From IMG/VR virus record IMGVR_UViG_3300039918_000006, positions 1 to 43,793 of that record: 43,793 bases of DNA. One strand, given 5' to 3'. This DNA is from a virus. A program made the position numbers and the translations under genes. The notes below the pieces were generated by a model. That model searched no databases. It was not told where the DNA came from and saw only the letters and a program-made list of their open reading frames with translations. Below are positions 27,863-36,843 of this stretch, in pieces (position 1 is the stretch's first letter; every line of letters begins with the position of its first letter).

Positions 27863-30157
27863 ATGGCAGATCAAAAGCTATACAAGTGGGGGCCGAAAGG
27901 CATGCTGGTGGCGAAAGACAGCGATCCGGATGACATCAAGTTCACCGAGAAAGCTGATCTGGGTCTATTCGGCGGGCCGACATCGAAGATCGTCAAGAAC
28001 CTGCCTGGTTATGCGTGGGCGGCGAAGGAAATGAAAGCCGGCACAAAGTACGCAAAGATTGCCGACGTGCAGGCACTGATGGGCGGCAAGCCTGTGCCGC
28101 AACCTGTGCCGAATCCAGAGCCTGTGCCGGCGCCGCCCGCGCCAACACCGGTTCCTCCACCGCCGCCACCGAAGGCTATTACCTCGCTGCGCATCCAGAG
28201 CACTGGCGACAAGGTGCAGGCAAATGTGCCATTCACGGTGGGCCAAGTGTTCGCACCCGGTGATCTAGCGGAAGGCAAGGGACTTGTCGGGCTACTGGAA
28301 GACGGCACCACGATTCCGTTGCAGTTCGACGTAAAGGCACTTCATTCCGATGGTTCGGTGCGGCACGGCGTTGTGTCTGGTGTCATACCTAGCGGCGAGC
28401 CAGGAAAAGATATTGTGGTTGGTTTAGCTCCAATTGCCGATCAGAAGAAAGGTCTTGTCAATGCTGTTGCTTTCCCCAAAGTGACACTTGTTTTTGAAGG
28501 CAAAACCTATCGAACCGGCGGTAACAAAGGAGAGGCCAAATACTGGCTAGCCGGACCGATTGTTTCGGAAATGCATACGAATCAGCCGTTCTTTGATGAG
28601 AATGGAATTGAACACCCGCATCTCTGTGCGCGTTTTGGTAGTCGAGTGTACTTCGCTGGGCAAGCTCGTTTGGATTTGGTCATTGAGAATGCGTGGGCAT
28701 ATGAGCCTGAGCCACGAAATTTCACCTATGACGTGCTTGTTGAGTTTGACGGTAAAACGCTTTACGAGAAGAAGGCGCTCACCCATTACCATCATGCGCG
28801 CTGGCGCAAGCTATTCTGGTACGGGGAAGAGCCGAAGATCAACGTCGTCCACGATCACCGCTATCTGATCGACTCGCGCGCTTTGCCAAACTACGATCCA
28901 TCGATTAGCGTGCCAGAAAGCACCATCAAGGCTTGGGTCAAACGCTGGGATACTGCCGAGAAGGAGCCGATGAAAGTCGGTCTATCGGTTAAGGGCATGG
29001 CTACTACTGGCGGTCGTCCAGATATTGGAATGCTACCTGCTTGGAATGCCCTGTGGCTCCTGACAGGCGATAAGCGGATGCGTGATATGGCTCTCGGCAC
29101 GGCGGATCTAGCAGGCAGCTGGTCAATGCACTACCGCGACAAGAACACAGACCAGCCGGTTAGCCTGATCGACTATCCTTATATGACGATTCTGGGGCGC
29201 TCGACAGACACCAAGAATCCGGCAACGAAGAAGTACGAGGCATTCCCTGCCCTGGTCAAAGGCCAAAATAAAAGCCCGTACAGCCACGATAGTGCGCACC
29301 AACCAGGGTTTGCATACCTTCCATATCTGATGACAGGTGATTTCTACTATTTGGAAGAGCTGCAAATGTGGGCGATGTACAACATCTTCCAATCGAATCC
29401 TGGCTCCAAGTCCTACCGTCAAGGTATCAAGGGGCTGGTGATGACGGATCAGGTGCGCGGCCAGGCATGGAGTTTGCGGACTCTCGCTCAAGCAGCTTAT
29501 ATCACGCCAGATGGTGACCGCTTGAAAGAACACTTCATGAGGATTCTGGGGACGAATCTGGAGTGGTATAACGCCACCTACACTTATAATCCCGAGGCCA
29601 ACAACCTAGGCGTGTTCACGCATAAGTCTGCAATCGTCTACAAAGACACGACCGACGAGATTGCATCGAATACCGCCTTGGCCCCATGGCAAGATGACTT
29701 TGTGACGGCGGCAGTTGGGTATGTGGTTGACCTGTTTCCTGAGCTGCCTGCCGCGCGCGACTTCTTCAAGTGGAAATCGAAGTTTGTCATTGGCCGATTT
29801 ACTGACCCGGAATTTAATTGGATTGTGGCGTCGAATTACAGCCTGACGGTTCGTGCCACGCCAGAGGGGCCGATCTACAAGACGTTCGGTGAGGTATACC
29901 GCGATACTGTAGGCGACAAGGTTGCAGCCCTGCCATTCGATAAGGTGGCCGAAGCACTCGGCCGCAAGCCTAACGATATGGGCGGCTATCCCACCAGCAC
30001 CGAGGGATTCCCAGCCAATGCACAGCCAGCAGTGGCTTACGCAGCGACATACGGCGGTGAAAAGGGTAAAGCGGCATGGAAGCAATTCCAGAAGCGCGAC
30101 CCTAAACCGAATTACGGAACTGGGCCACAATTTGCCATCGTGCCGCGTTCGGTGTAA
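27863..30157 (+). CDS. Large protein, putative polysaccharide lyase/hydrolase-like (beta-sandwich + alpha/alpha-toroid type) behind a Pro-rich linker
   Basis: 764 aa. The N-domain is about 70 aa, followed by the linker PVPQPVPNPEPVPAPPAPTPVPPPPPPK. GLLEDGTTIPLQFDVKALHSDGSVRHGVV resembles the first beta-sandwich of PcRGLX/heparinase-like enzymes, and SHDSAHQPGFAYLPYLMTGDFYYLEEL looks toroid-like. The fold call is tentative. Confidence 0.4.
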   Translation: MADQKLYKWGPKGMLVAKDSDPDDIKFTEKADLGLFGGPTSKIVKNLPGYAWAAKEMKAGTKYAKIADVQALMGGKPVPQPVPNPEPVPAPPAPTPVPPPPPPKAITSLRIQSTGDKVQANVPFTVGQVFAPGDLAEGKGLVGLLEDGTTIPLQFDVKALHSDGSVRHGVVSGVIPSGEPGKDIVVGLAPIADQKKGLVNAVAFPKVTLVFEGKTYRTGGNKGEAKYWLAGPIVSEMHTNQPFFDENGIEHPHLCARFGSRVYFAGQARLDLVIENAWAYEPEPRNFTYDVLVEFDGKTLYEKKALTHYHHARWRKLFWYGEEPKINVVHDHRYLIDSRALPNYDPSISVPESTIKAWVKRWDTAEKEPMKVGLSVKGMATTGGRPDIGMLPAWNALWLLTGDKRMRDMALGTADLAGSWSMHYRDKNTDQPVSLIDYPYMTILGRSTDTKNPATKKYEAFPALVKGQNKSPYSHDSAHQPGFAYLPYLMTGDFYYLEELQMWAMYNIFQSNPGSKSYRQGIKGLVMTDQVRGQAWSLRTLAQAAYITPDGDRLKEHFMRILGTNLEWYNATYTYNPEANNLGVFTHKSAIVYKDTTDEIASNTALAPWQDDFVTAAVGYVVDLFPELPAARDFFKWKSKFVIGRFTDPEFNWIVASNYSLTVRATPEGPIYKTFGEVYRDTVGDKVAALPFDKVAEALGRKPNDMGGYPTSTEGFPANAQPAVAYAATYGGEKGKAAWKQFQKRDPKPNYGTGPQFAIVPRSV

Positions 30158-30186
30158 TCTATAGCCAATCCCTAGTTAGTTCTTTT

Positions 30187-30213
30187 GCGGCGGCCTCGGT
30201 CGCCGTTTTCTTT
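30187..30213 (+). terminator. Rho-independent terminator candidate
   Basis: GCGGCG (30187-30192) pairs with CGCCGT (30201-30206), followed by TTTCTTT. Confidence 0.45.
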
Positions 30214-30225
30214 GGAGGTCCAGAA

Positions 30226-30552
30226 ATGGTTTGGGGTTTAAAGTCGAGGCAAGAGCGGAATTACGGGGCCGAGTGGGAGCGCCTACGCAAACTGACCATC
30301 GCCCGCGACAAAGGGCTTTGCCAGATGTGTTTAAAAGAGGGTCGTGTAACGCCAGGCAAAGACGTTGACCACATAGTAAGCCGTGCTAAGGCAAAACAGC
30401 TAGGATGGAGCAAAGAAGCCACTGAATCTCTTTCCAACACGCAATACTTATGCCGACCACATCACCTCGCCAAGACTGAGCAAGAGCAGGGCAAGACCAA
30501 GCACGCGCCAAAACCAAGAATCGGTGCTGATGGTTGGCCCGTCGCGGAATAG
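30226..30552 (+). CDS. HNH endonuclease (terminase-associated type)
   Basis: 108 aa. CQMC...DVDHIVSRAK...NTQYLCRPHHLAKT is an HNH motif. It sits upstream of the packaging genes, as in HK97-like cos phages. Confidence 0.85.
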   Translation: MVWGLKSRQERNYGAEWERLRKLTIARDKGLCQMCLKEGRVTPGKDVDHIVSRAKAKQLGWSKEATESLSNTQYLCRPHHLAKTEQEQGKTKHAPKPRIGADGWPVAE

Positions 30553-31106
30553 CAATATGCACTTTCTGCATAGTCCTATCAAATGACTTTTCTGTTGCTC
30601 AATGCTCGCTAGTGTGAGATGATTTGCATGTTCCTGCTCTGCTTAGGCATCAGGCTTGACAGCGTAACTTCGGGATAAGCTGACGACTGGTGAAAATCCA
30701 GTCACCACACGCATGCTGATTGAACGTACTGGGGCGCTCCGGGCTGGGCCTAAACCCAAGTAAACCGGCCGTGAGACAGTCAGCAGTCGTGTGGTGAATG
30801 CGCAGGCTGATGCGATGGAACAGCCGGAAAAAGTGATAGTCCGCGAAATCGCCCCTCTGCGGATTTAGAGGCGAAGGCAAGCCGGAGATCAGCACCGGCC
30901 ACCACACCAATCAAATCATCTTTGCCGCTCGGCACGGATAAAGTGCAATTATTGCATTCTCCCTCCCTTATTTACGCTAAGCTTGCTCGGATTGGAGCTA
31001 CTCCTTGCAGCTATGGCAGCAGTGCCAAATGCAGAAGCAAGAGTAGTAGTAATTGCACAGTAGACGTGGTAATCTGTAGTCTCTTATCCCTCCCAAGGAA
31101 ACTAAC
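30553..31106 (+). other. 554-nt gene-free, highly structured region (possible RNA element and/or cos-associated DNA)
   Basis: Only implausible ORFs are present. There are multiple long-range complementarities with mutually exclusive partners: 30703-30711 / 30788-30796 / 30900-30907, and 30943-30950 / 31051-31058. Confidence 0.45.
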
Positions 31107-31289
31107 ATGCACGAATACACCGAAGAGCTAATGCGCGGGAAGCTTACGCAGCTGCGCCACGCATTCAACGCTAGCCGAATGAAGGTCAAGCAAAAGCGCA
31201 ACGAGATCGAAGTTGAGGAGCAATCTCAAGAGGCCATGGGCGCTATGATTAAAGATCTGAAGGAATTGCTCAAGGAGGATTCCAAATGA
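31107..31289 (+). CDS. Small coiled-coil protein (60 aa)
   Basis: AAGGAA RBS. First ORF of an ATGA-coupled chain. Confidence 0.55.
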   Translation: MHEYTEELMRGKLTQLRHAFNASRMKVKQKRNEIEVEEQSQEAMGAMIKDLKELLKEDSK

Positions 31290-31438
31290 TCGACTACAAA
31301 GATCTTCTCAAAAAGTACATGTTTCTCATTTCAGAATGTGAATCATACTCATACCTCGCTCATGCTGATGAAAGTCTTGGCCTATCAAAAAGCGAAGTCG
31401 AGGAACTTGAGCGTCTCTGGGAAGAGGCCACTAAATGA
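31286..31438 (+). CDS. Small hypothetical protein (50 aa)
   Basis: ATGA-coupled. Translation: MIDYKDLLKKYMFLISECESYSYLAHADESLGLSKSEVEELERLWEEATK. Confidence 0.45.
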   Translation: MIDYKDLLKKYMFLISECESYSYLAHADESLGLSKSEVEELERLWEEATK

Positions 31439-32043
31439 CTGACATCCTCCAAGCCGCTCGCAGCTACTACGGCCTATCTGATGCAACCGTACGTAAGACT
31501 GAATGGTTCACCGATGAAGGCAAGACCATCCTCTGTTTCGAGATCGTGGCCGAGGGTGAGGACTTCATTGGTATTGTCGAACGGATGAAGCGCCTGCAAG
31601 AAGATCTGCCTGAGCCTGTCGCATCCGAGGATACTGGCCCGTATGCTGGTGACGTTAGCATCTGCGGGCTGAGTGGCAATGACATGGCCGTATGGATACC
31701 CACAACCGAACTGTTCGATTACCAGAAGCAGCACGCCATCACTGGGCAGATTGACGGCGCACTTACTCTCATGCCATGGCTGCACATGACCAAGCAGCAG
31801 CGCATCGTATATCCTTTGCCAGCCCAAAATGATGAAGGCGTAGGCGGTCGCAAGGTAGCTCACATCGACGCACCAGAGGCAGAAGATAGTGGGCTGCAAA
31901 TGGTTTGGGTCGATAACCAAGACATCGTTGAATACCAGAAGGCTATGGCATCTGAGTACAACGAAGTTACCGCGCAATGGCTGGTGCAGGAGTGTATGCT
32001 TACCGAAGAGCAGCGCCAGAAGGCGAAGGAGGCTAAGCCATGA
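31435..32043 (+). CDS. Hypothetical protein (202 aa)
   Basis: ATGA-coupled ORF, acidic. Confidence 0.7.
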   Translation: MTDILQAARSYYGLSDATVRKTEWFTDEGKTILCFEIVAEGEDFIGIVERMKRLQEDLPEPVASEDTGPYAGDVSICGLSGNDMAVWIPTTELFDYQKQHAITGQIDGALTLMPWLHMTKQQRIVYPLPAQNDEGVGGRKVAHIDAPEAEDSGLQMVWVDNQDIVEYQKAMASEYNEVTAQWLVQECMLTEEQRQKAKEAKP

Positions 32044-32123
32044 TGGAAGTTATCTGGAGGCGAAAGCAGATGCAGAAATTGCGCGAGCGATTGGCTTTGC
32101 TGGCTAAGGAGAGCAAGCAATGA
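32040..32123 (+). CDS. Possible micro-ORF (27 aa)
   Basis: ATGA-coupled at both ends. Translation: MMEVIWRRKQMQKLRERLALLAKESKQ. Confidence 0.3.
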   Translation: MMEVIWRRKQMQKLRERLALLAKESKQ

Positions 32124-32332
32124 ACGACTTCCTTCTAATCATTGGTGCCATCCTTCTATGGCTAGGTGGATGGCTAGCAGGTCGAGCGTCAGCGCATCGA
32201 GCAGAAGAAGCCAGGCGACTGCAAGAGGAGGAGTTTGCCAAGGAGCTGGCAGCTCTGCACGTTGAGCCGCCGCCTCCATTTACTGAGGAAGAGAAGGCGC
32301 TGATTAAGCGAGCGATGGAGCACAGCAAATGA
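32120..32332 (+). CDS. Small single-TM protein (70 aa)
   Basis: N-terminal TM helix LLIIGAILLWLGGWLAG followed by a charged tail. Confidence 0.6.
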   Translation: MNDFLLIIGAILLWLGGWLAGRASAHRAEEARRLQEEEFAKELAALHVEPPPPFTEEEKALIKRAMEHSK

Positions 32333-32487
32333 GGCCACCGGAGAAGGATTGTCCCAACTGTGGGTCAACTATGCAGCCAATGATGCCAGCGGGCGGATAT
32401 GCGCCAGAGGGATTTGATCCCGAGTACGATCATTACTGGTGTGAAGCTTGCGTAGAATCCTTTGACCTCGACTTTGACGATAAATAG
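32329..32487 (+). CDS. Small zinc-ribbon protein (52 aa)
   Basis: ATGA-coupled. Translation: MRPPEKDCPNCGSTMQPMMPAGGYAPEGFDPEYDHYWCEACVESFDLDFDDK (CxxC...CxxC). Confidence 0.5.
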   Translation: MRPPEKDCPNCGSTMQPMMPAGGYAPEGFDPEYDHYWCEACVESFDLDFDDK

Positions 32488-32704
32488 AACGATATGACAA
32501 TCGCTAGCTCTGGCATAAGTGAATTCATACCAGGCTTCTTGCTTTATTAGCATAAAAGTGCGATGCTGATTAAAAAATAGGCGCTTAAATTTTAATCTGC
32601 ATAAAAAAGAGGCAGGGGTGATGTCAAAGTTGCAATTTTTTGACCCTGGAGAGGACCGCGCCCAGCCTTCCTTTCAACGCTAACACATAGTTTTCTGGAG
32701 CAAC

Positions 32705-33169
32705 ATGACCGATAAGAAGCCACGCCGTACCCGCTCTGACAGTGCTGCTGCTGCCATTCGCGCGGCTGAAAACGCGGTCAAGCCAGACCTGGAGCCGCCT
32801 GAATCACACCCGTTGACGGCGGACGAGATGCCATTCTTCCGCGACATCGCCAGAGGCCGTGCCCGTGATGACTGGCGCGAGGTTGACTTGCAGATCGTGG
32901 CGCAGCTTGCCAGGGTGATGGCAAAGATTGAGCGATTCGAGACTCGGCTTAGCAACGAAGAGCCTGTCATTGACGGCAAGCCTAATCCGCTTATCAGCGT
33001 AATCGGAACCTATCGCGCAATGCAGGGTTCCATGATGCGCACGCTACAGCTTGGTGGGCGTGTCGCTGTTGATCCGCGCAATCTGCACAAGGCGCGCGAT
33101 CTCGAAAATCAAGCCCGCAAGACTGCGGACCAAGTTGCAGCAGAGGATAACGCTCTGCTGGCTGATTAA
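32705..33169 (+). CDS. Terminase small subunit (P27-family-like)
   Basis: 154 aa, immediately upstream of and overlapping the large terminase gene. Size and helical character fit P27-type TerS. Confidence 0.7.
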   Translation: MTDKKPRRTRSDSAAAAIRAAENAVKPDLEPPESHPLTADEMPFFRDIARGRARDDWREVDLQIVAQLARVMAKIERFETRLSNEEPVIDGKPNPLISVIGTYRAMQGSMMRTLQLGGRVAVDPRNLHKARDLENQARKTADQVAAEDNALLAD

Positions 33170-34701
33170 TGGCCGCCCGTAAGGCTCCGCGCGTCATGAC
33201 TCGCGGCGAGAAGGTCTGCGCCTTTATCGAGACGTACTGCAAGGCACCTGAAGGTGATCTTGTCGGGCAGCCGATCAAGCTTCAGCCGTTCCAGCGCAAT
33301 TTCATCCTAGCCGTCTACGACAACCCACACGGCACTAGTACCGGCATCCTTTCGATTGGTCGCAAGAACGGCAAGACGGCGCTTATTGCCGGCATTCTGC
33401 TTGCGCACCTTGTTGGCCCCGAAGCCGTCTACAACTCACAAATCGTCAGTGGTGCAATGTCGAAAGAACAGGCCGCAATCCTGTTTGAGTTGGCGCGTAA
33501 GATGGTCGAAATGAGCGACGAGTTACGCCCACTGGTGAAGATTTTCCCATCTGGCAAGCGCCTGCTAGGCATCAAACGGAATGTAAGCTATAAGGCGCTT
33601 TCCTCCGAGGGCAAAACTACCCACGGCCTTTCGCCAATCGTGGCGATTATGGACGAACTAGGCCAGGTTAAAGGGCCAACAGATGCGTTTGTCGAGGCTG
33701 TCGAGACTGCTCAAGGTGCGTATAAAAACGCACTCTACCTGGTTATCAGCACGCAGGCTCCTACTGCGAACGACCTTCTTTCGCGCATGATTGATAGCCA
33801 AGAGGCCAATCCAGACCCGCGCACCGTTTGTCATGTGTACGCCGCGCCTGCCGATTGCGATATTAACGACGAAGAAGCTTGGAAAGCAGCTAATCCTGCG
33901 CTCGGTAAGTTCCGTTCCTTGGATGACCTCAAGAAGCAGGTCCGCAAAGCTCAGGATCTACCATCTTATGAGCCTGCTGTGCGCAACCTGATCCTAAATC
34001 AGCGAGTGGACGCCGAAGCTCCATTCGTGCCACGGTCCATATGGGAATCTAACGGTGCAGAGCCTGTTCTTACCAAAGGAGCCAAGCTATGGGGTGGGCT
34101 TGACCTGTCTAGCGTAAATGACTTGACCGCATTCGAGGGCGTGCTGGAGGATGGCAGTGTTATCTCTGAATTCTTCTTGCCTGAACACGGTCTTTTAGAG
34201 AAAGCACACAAGGATAAAGTGCCATATGACGTTTGGGCAAAGCAAGGATTGCTTCGCACTACGCCAGGCAAGGCAATTGAGTACCGATATGTGGCAAAAT
34301 TCCTGCGAACGGTGTTCGATAACTATGATGTGCAAGCTATCGGGTTTGATCGATATAACATGAAATTCCTAGTTCCTTGGCTTGTCGAAGAGGGATTTAT
34401 CGAGCAAGAAATTCAGAAATTCGTGGAATTTGGACAAGGAACTGCTAGTATGACGCCTGCGTTGCGTGATTTAGAAGTAAAATTGCTCAACGCACAGCTA
34501 AAACATGGTAATAATCCAGTATTGAACATGTGTGCATCGAATGCGCGAGTAGTTGGCGATTCAGGGGCACGCAAGTTCGACAAGAAGACAGCGCGCGGCC
34601 GTATTGACGGCATGGTTGCTTTAGCGATGGCTGTAGGCGTGATGCCACAGGAAACGGAAACGAAAAAACGAACATGGGCCGACTATTTGGCGGAAGCGTA
34701 A
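33169..34701 (+). CDS. Terminase large subunit
   Basis: 510 aa. QPFQRNFILAVYD...ILSIGRKNGKTALIAGILL (Walker A-like) ...IVAIMDELGQ (Walker B-like). Typical Terminase_1 layout. Confidence 0.95.
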   Translation: MAARKAPRVMTRGEKVCAFIETYCKAPEGDLVGQPIKLQPFQRNFILAVYDNPHGTSTGILSIGRKNGKTALIAGILLAHLVGPEAVYNSQIVSGAMSKEQAAILFELARKMVEMSDELRPLVKIFPSGKRLLGIKRNVSYKALSSEGKTTHGLSPIVAIMDELGQVKGPTDAFVEAVETAQGAYKNALYLVISTQAPTANDLLSRMIDSQEANPDPRTVCHVYAAPADCDINDEEAWKAANPALGKFRSLDDLKKQVRKAQDLPSYEPAVRNLILNQRVDAEAPFVPRSIWESNGAEPVLTKGAKLWGGLDLSSVNDLTAFEGVLEDGSVISEFFLPEHGLLEKAHKDKVPYDVWAKQGLLRTTPGKAIEYRYVAKFLRTVFDNYDVQAIGFDRYNMKFLVPWLVEEGFIEQEIQKFVEFGQGTASMTPALRDLEVKLLNAQLKHGNNPVLNMCASNARVVGDSGARKFDKKTARGRIDGMVALAMAVGVMPQETETKKRTWADYLAEA

Positions 34702-36020
34702 TGGCAAAAAACAAAGCCAGCGGGTTTTCGCTGAAGGCTATCTATGGTTCTATCCGAGCCGCACTCTCATTCCGCGAATTGGACCGCGATCCAGGCAATC
34801 GAGACATAACACGCGGAGACTATCCTGATACTGACTGCGCGCCAAAGGTAGATCGAGCGCTACAGCTCTCTACTGTATGGGCTTGCGTCCGTCTTATCTC
34901 CAACTCTATTGCTGCCATGCCGTTGTTCATCTATGAACGCACGGAAACTGGTGGCAGAGAGACGCGGCGCATTGCACGTGACCATCCGCTGTATTCCGTT
35001 CTGCACGATTCCCCGAATGCTGACCAGACCGCCTTTGAATTCCGGCGTTTAGTCTCATGGCGACTGTCTTTATGGGGTAATTTTTACGCGCTAAAGGGTA
35101 AAAGTCGAGGCGAAATCAAGACTCTCGACCCGCTTGACCCTTGGCTTATGACTGTCCGTCGCAACCAATACGGTGAGCGAGAATACGTTTATGCAGACCC
35201 AACTGGACAAAAAGTCTATGGTGAGGATGAAGTTTGGCATCTTATGGGGCCAAGCGAAGACGGATTAACCGGACTTTCTCCTATTGGCGTAGGCTGGCGC
35301 TCTCTTGCGCGTGCTCGTAACGTCAATGATGCGTCTCTACGGCTGTTCGGCGGCGCTATGCGGCCCTCTGGCGTGGTTTCCATTGATGAAATCTTGGATG
35401 CGACGCAGCGCGAGCAAATGAAGTCGAAATTGATTGATGGCGTATTTGGCGATCCGTCAATCGGCAAACTTCATCTTCTTGAGGGCGGCGCGAAGTATCA
35501 GCAGCTGACCATCAATCCTGTTGACGCGCAGATGATGGAGCAGCTAAACGCCAGTGTCGAAGATATTTGCCGGTGGTTTGGCATGCCGCCATCGAAAATT
35601 GGCCATGGGACCGCTGTTTCCAATTGGGGAACTGGACGTGAGCAACAGAATCTCGGCTTTCTGCAAGAGGTTCTTGACCCTGATTTGATGATGATTGAAC
35701 AGAGCATCGCCAAATGGCTCATGAATCCGGTTGAACGCCTTACTTACTTCGCAGAGTTTGGCCGCGAAAGCCGTTTGCGCATGGATAGCAGCAGCCGGGC
35801 CAATTACTACGACAAAATGATTAAGGCCGGCGTCTACACTCCCAATTTCTGCCGCGCTCTTGAAAACCTTGAGCCATTGCCAGGTGGAGACCAGTTATTC
35901 ATGCAAAGCGCGATGCTACCACTCGATAAGTTGGGGCAGGTTACACCCGGCACGCAAACTGATACAATTCCGCAAGAAAACGACGCAGTAGAAGAGGAAA
36001 ACGATGAATCTGCTAACTAA
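34701..36020 (+). CDS. Portal protein (HK97 family)
   Basis: ATG at 34701 overlaps the TerL stop (TAATG). 439 aa, positioned between TerL and the prohead protease. Confidence 0.9.
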   Translation: MAKNKASGFSLKAIYGSIRAALSFRELDRDPGNRDITRGDYPDTDCAPKVDRALQLSTVWACVRLISNSIAAMPLFIYERTETGGRETRRIARDHPLYSVLHDSPNADQTAFEFRRLVSWRLSLWGNFYALKGKSRGEIKTLDPLDPWLMTVRRNQYGEREYVYADPTGQKVYGEDEVWHLMGPSEDGLTGLSPIGVGWRSLARARNVNDASLRLFGGAMRPSGVVSIDEILDATQREQMKSKLIDGVFGDPSIGKLHLLEGGAKYQQLTINPVDAQMMEQLNASVEDICRWFGMPPSKIGHGTAVSNWGTGREQQNLGFLQEVLDPDLMMIEQSIAKWLMNPVERLTYFAEFGRESRLRMDSSSRANYYDKMIKAGVYTPNFCRALENLEPLPGGDQLFMQSAMLPLDKLGQVTPGTQTDTIPQENDAVEEENDESAN

Positions 36021-36834
36021 GTCGGTCGAACTTGACCTGAAAAGCCTGAAGGATGACGGTAGTTTCACCGGCTATGGCTCGGTATTCAATACCAAAGACC
36101 AAGGCGGCGACATTGTTATCCCTGGCGCGTTCTCCAAAAGCCTGAAGAAATGGGCTGATAATGGTCGCCAAGTTCCCGTTCTGTGGCAGCATAAGACCGA
36201 TGAGCCTATCGGCAGCTGGGCAGATTTGAGCGAAGACGATCACGGACTGCTTGGTGACGCCAATTTGTGGACCGATGACGCGCCATATGCGCGAATTGCC
36301 CACAAAGGCATGAAGACCAAGACTATTACTGGTCTGTCCATCGGCTATCGCATCAAGCGTGAAGAATACGACAAGAAGGCCGGCGCAAATCGCTTGATTG
36401 AGCTGGATCTTGTGGAAATCAGCGTCGTGACCAATCCGATGCACGATGACGCGCGTATTGCGATAGTAAAAGGCGCAAATGCCGCTGATATTGCGATGGC
36501 TGCAAGGTGGCTGAAGAAGGCTATAAAGCTGCATCAGGGTCATATGGACGGATCTGTTAGCACGAGCGAAGCGTCCCAAAAGGAAATGATGGAACAGATG
36601 GAGAATGCGCTTTTCTATCTCTCTGATGGTGGCAACATGGCACCAATGAAAGGTTTTGGAATGCCGTCCCTCAAAGAATTTGAAGACTTCCTGCGTGATG
36701 TAGGCGGGTTTTCACGTAGCCAGGCCAAAGCCATCGCCGGTAATGGCCTGTCGAAACTGCTTGCTCAGTGTGAGGCTGAGGGCGAAAAGGGCGAATCAAA
36801 CATTTTGACCGCACTTCGCGGCTTCACTATCTAA
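36004..36834 (+). CDS. Prohead protease (HK97/S78 family) with C-terminal extension
   Basis: 276 aa. GYGSVFNTKDQGGDIVIPGAFSKSL and LSIGY...ELDLVEISVVTNPMH are S78 signature regions. Confidence 0.9.
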   Translation: MNLLTKSVELDLKSLKDDGSFTGYGSVFNTKDQGGDIVIPGAFSKSLKKWADNGRQVPVLWQHKTDEPIGSWADLSEDDHGLLGDANLWTDDAPYARIAHKGMKTKTITGLSIGYRIKREEYDKKAGANRLIELDLVEISVVTNPMHDDARIAIVKGANAADIAMAARWLKKAIKLHQGHMDGSVSTSEASQKEMMEQMENALFYLSDGGNMAPMKGFGMPSLKEFEDFLRDVGGFSRSQAKAIAGNGLSKLLAQCEAEGEKGESNILTALRGFTI

Positions 36835-36843
36835 GGAAAATCC

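Noticed and set aside
30671-30905. Cobalamin-riboswitch-like strings: GGGATAAG...CTGGTGAAAATCCAG resembles the GGGAA...GGTGAAAATCC core, and GGCGAAGGCAAGCCGGAGATCAGCACC resembles GGGAAGGC + the B12 box.
   Set aside because: The invariant GCCACTG element is absent. The CCCGC.AC.GT segment and the B12 box (AGYCMGGAGACCKGCC) match only with several indels and mismatches. The genomic context (a phage packaging region) gives no cobalamin-related gene. Only a cmscan could settle it.
30650-31131. ORF-track entries 30650..30910 (minus, 86 aa) and 30922..31131 (plus, 69 aa) as protein-coding genes.
   Set aside because: They have no RBS, odd composition (Arg/His/Cys/Ser-rich), non-ATG or unsupported starts, and they cross strongly base-paired segments. 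The region is treated as non-coding.
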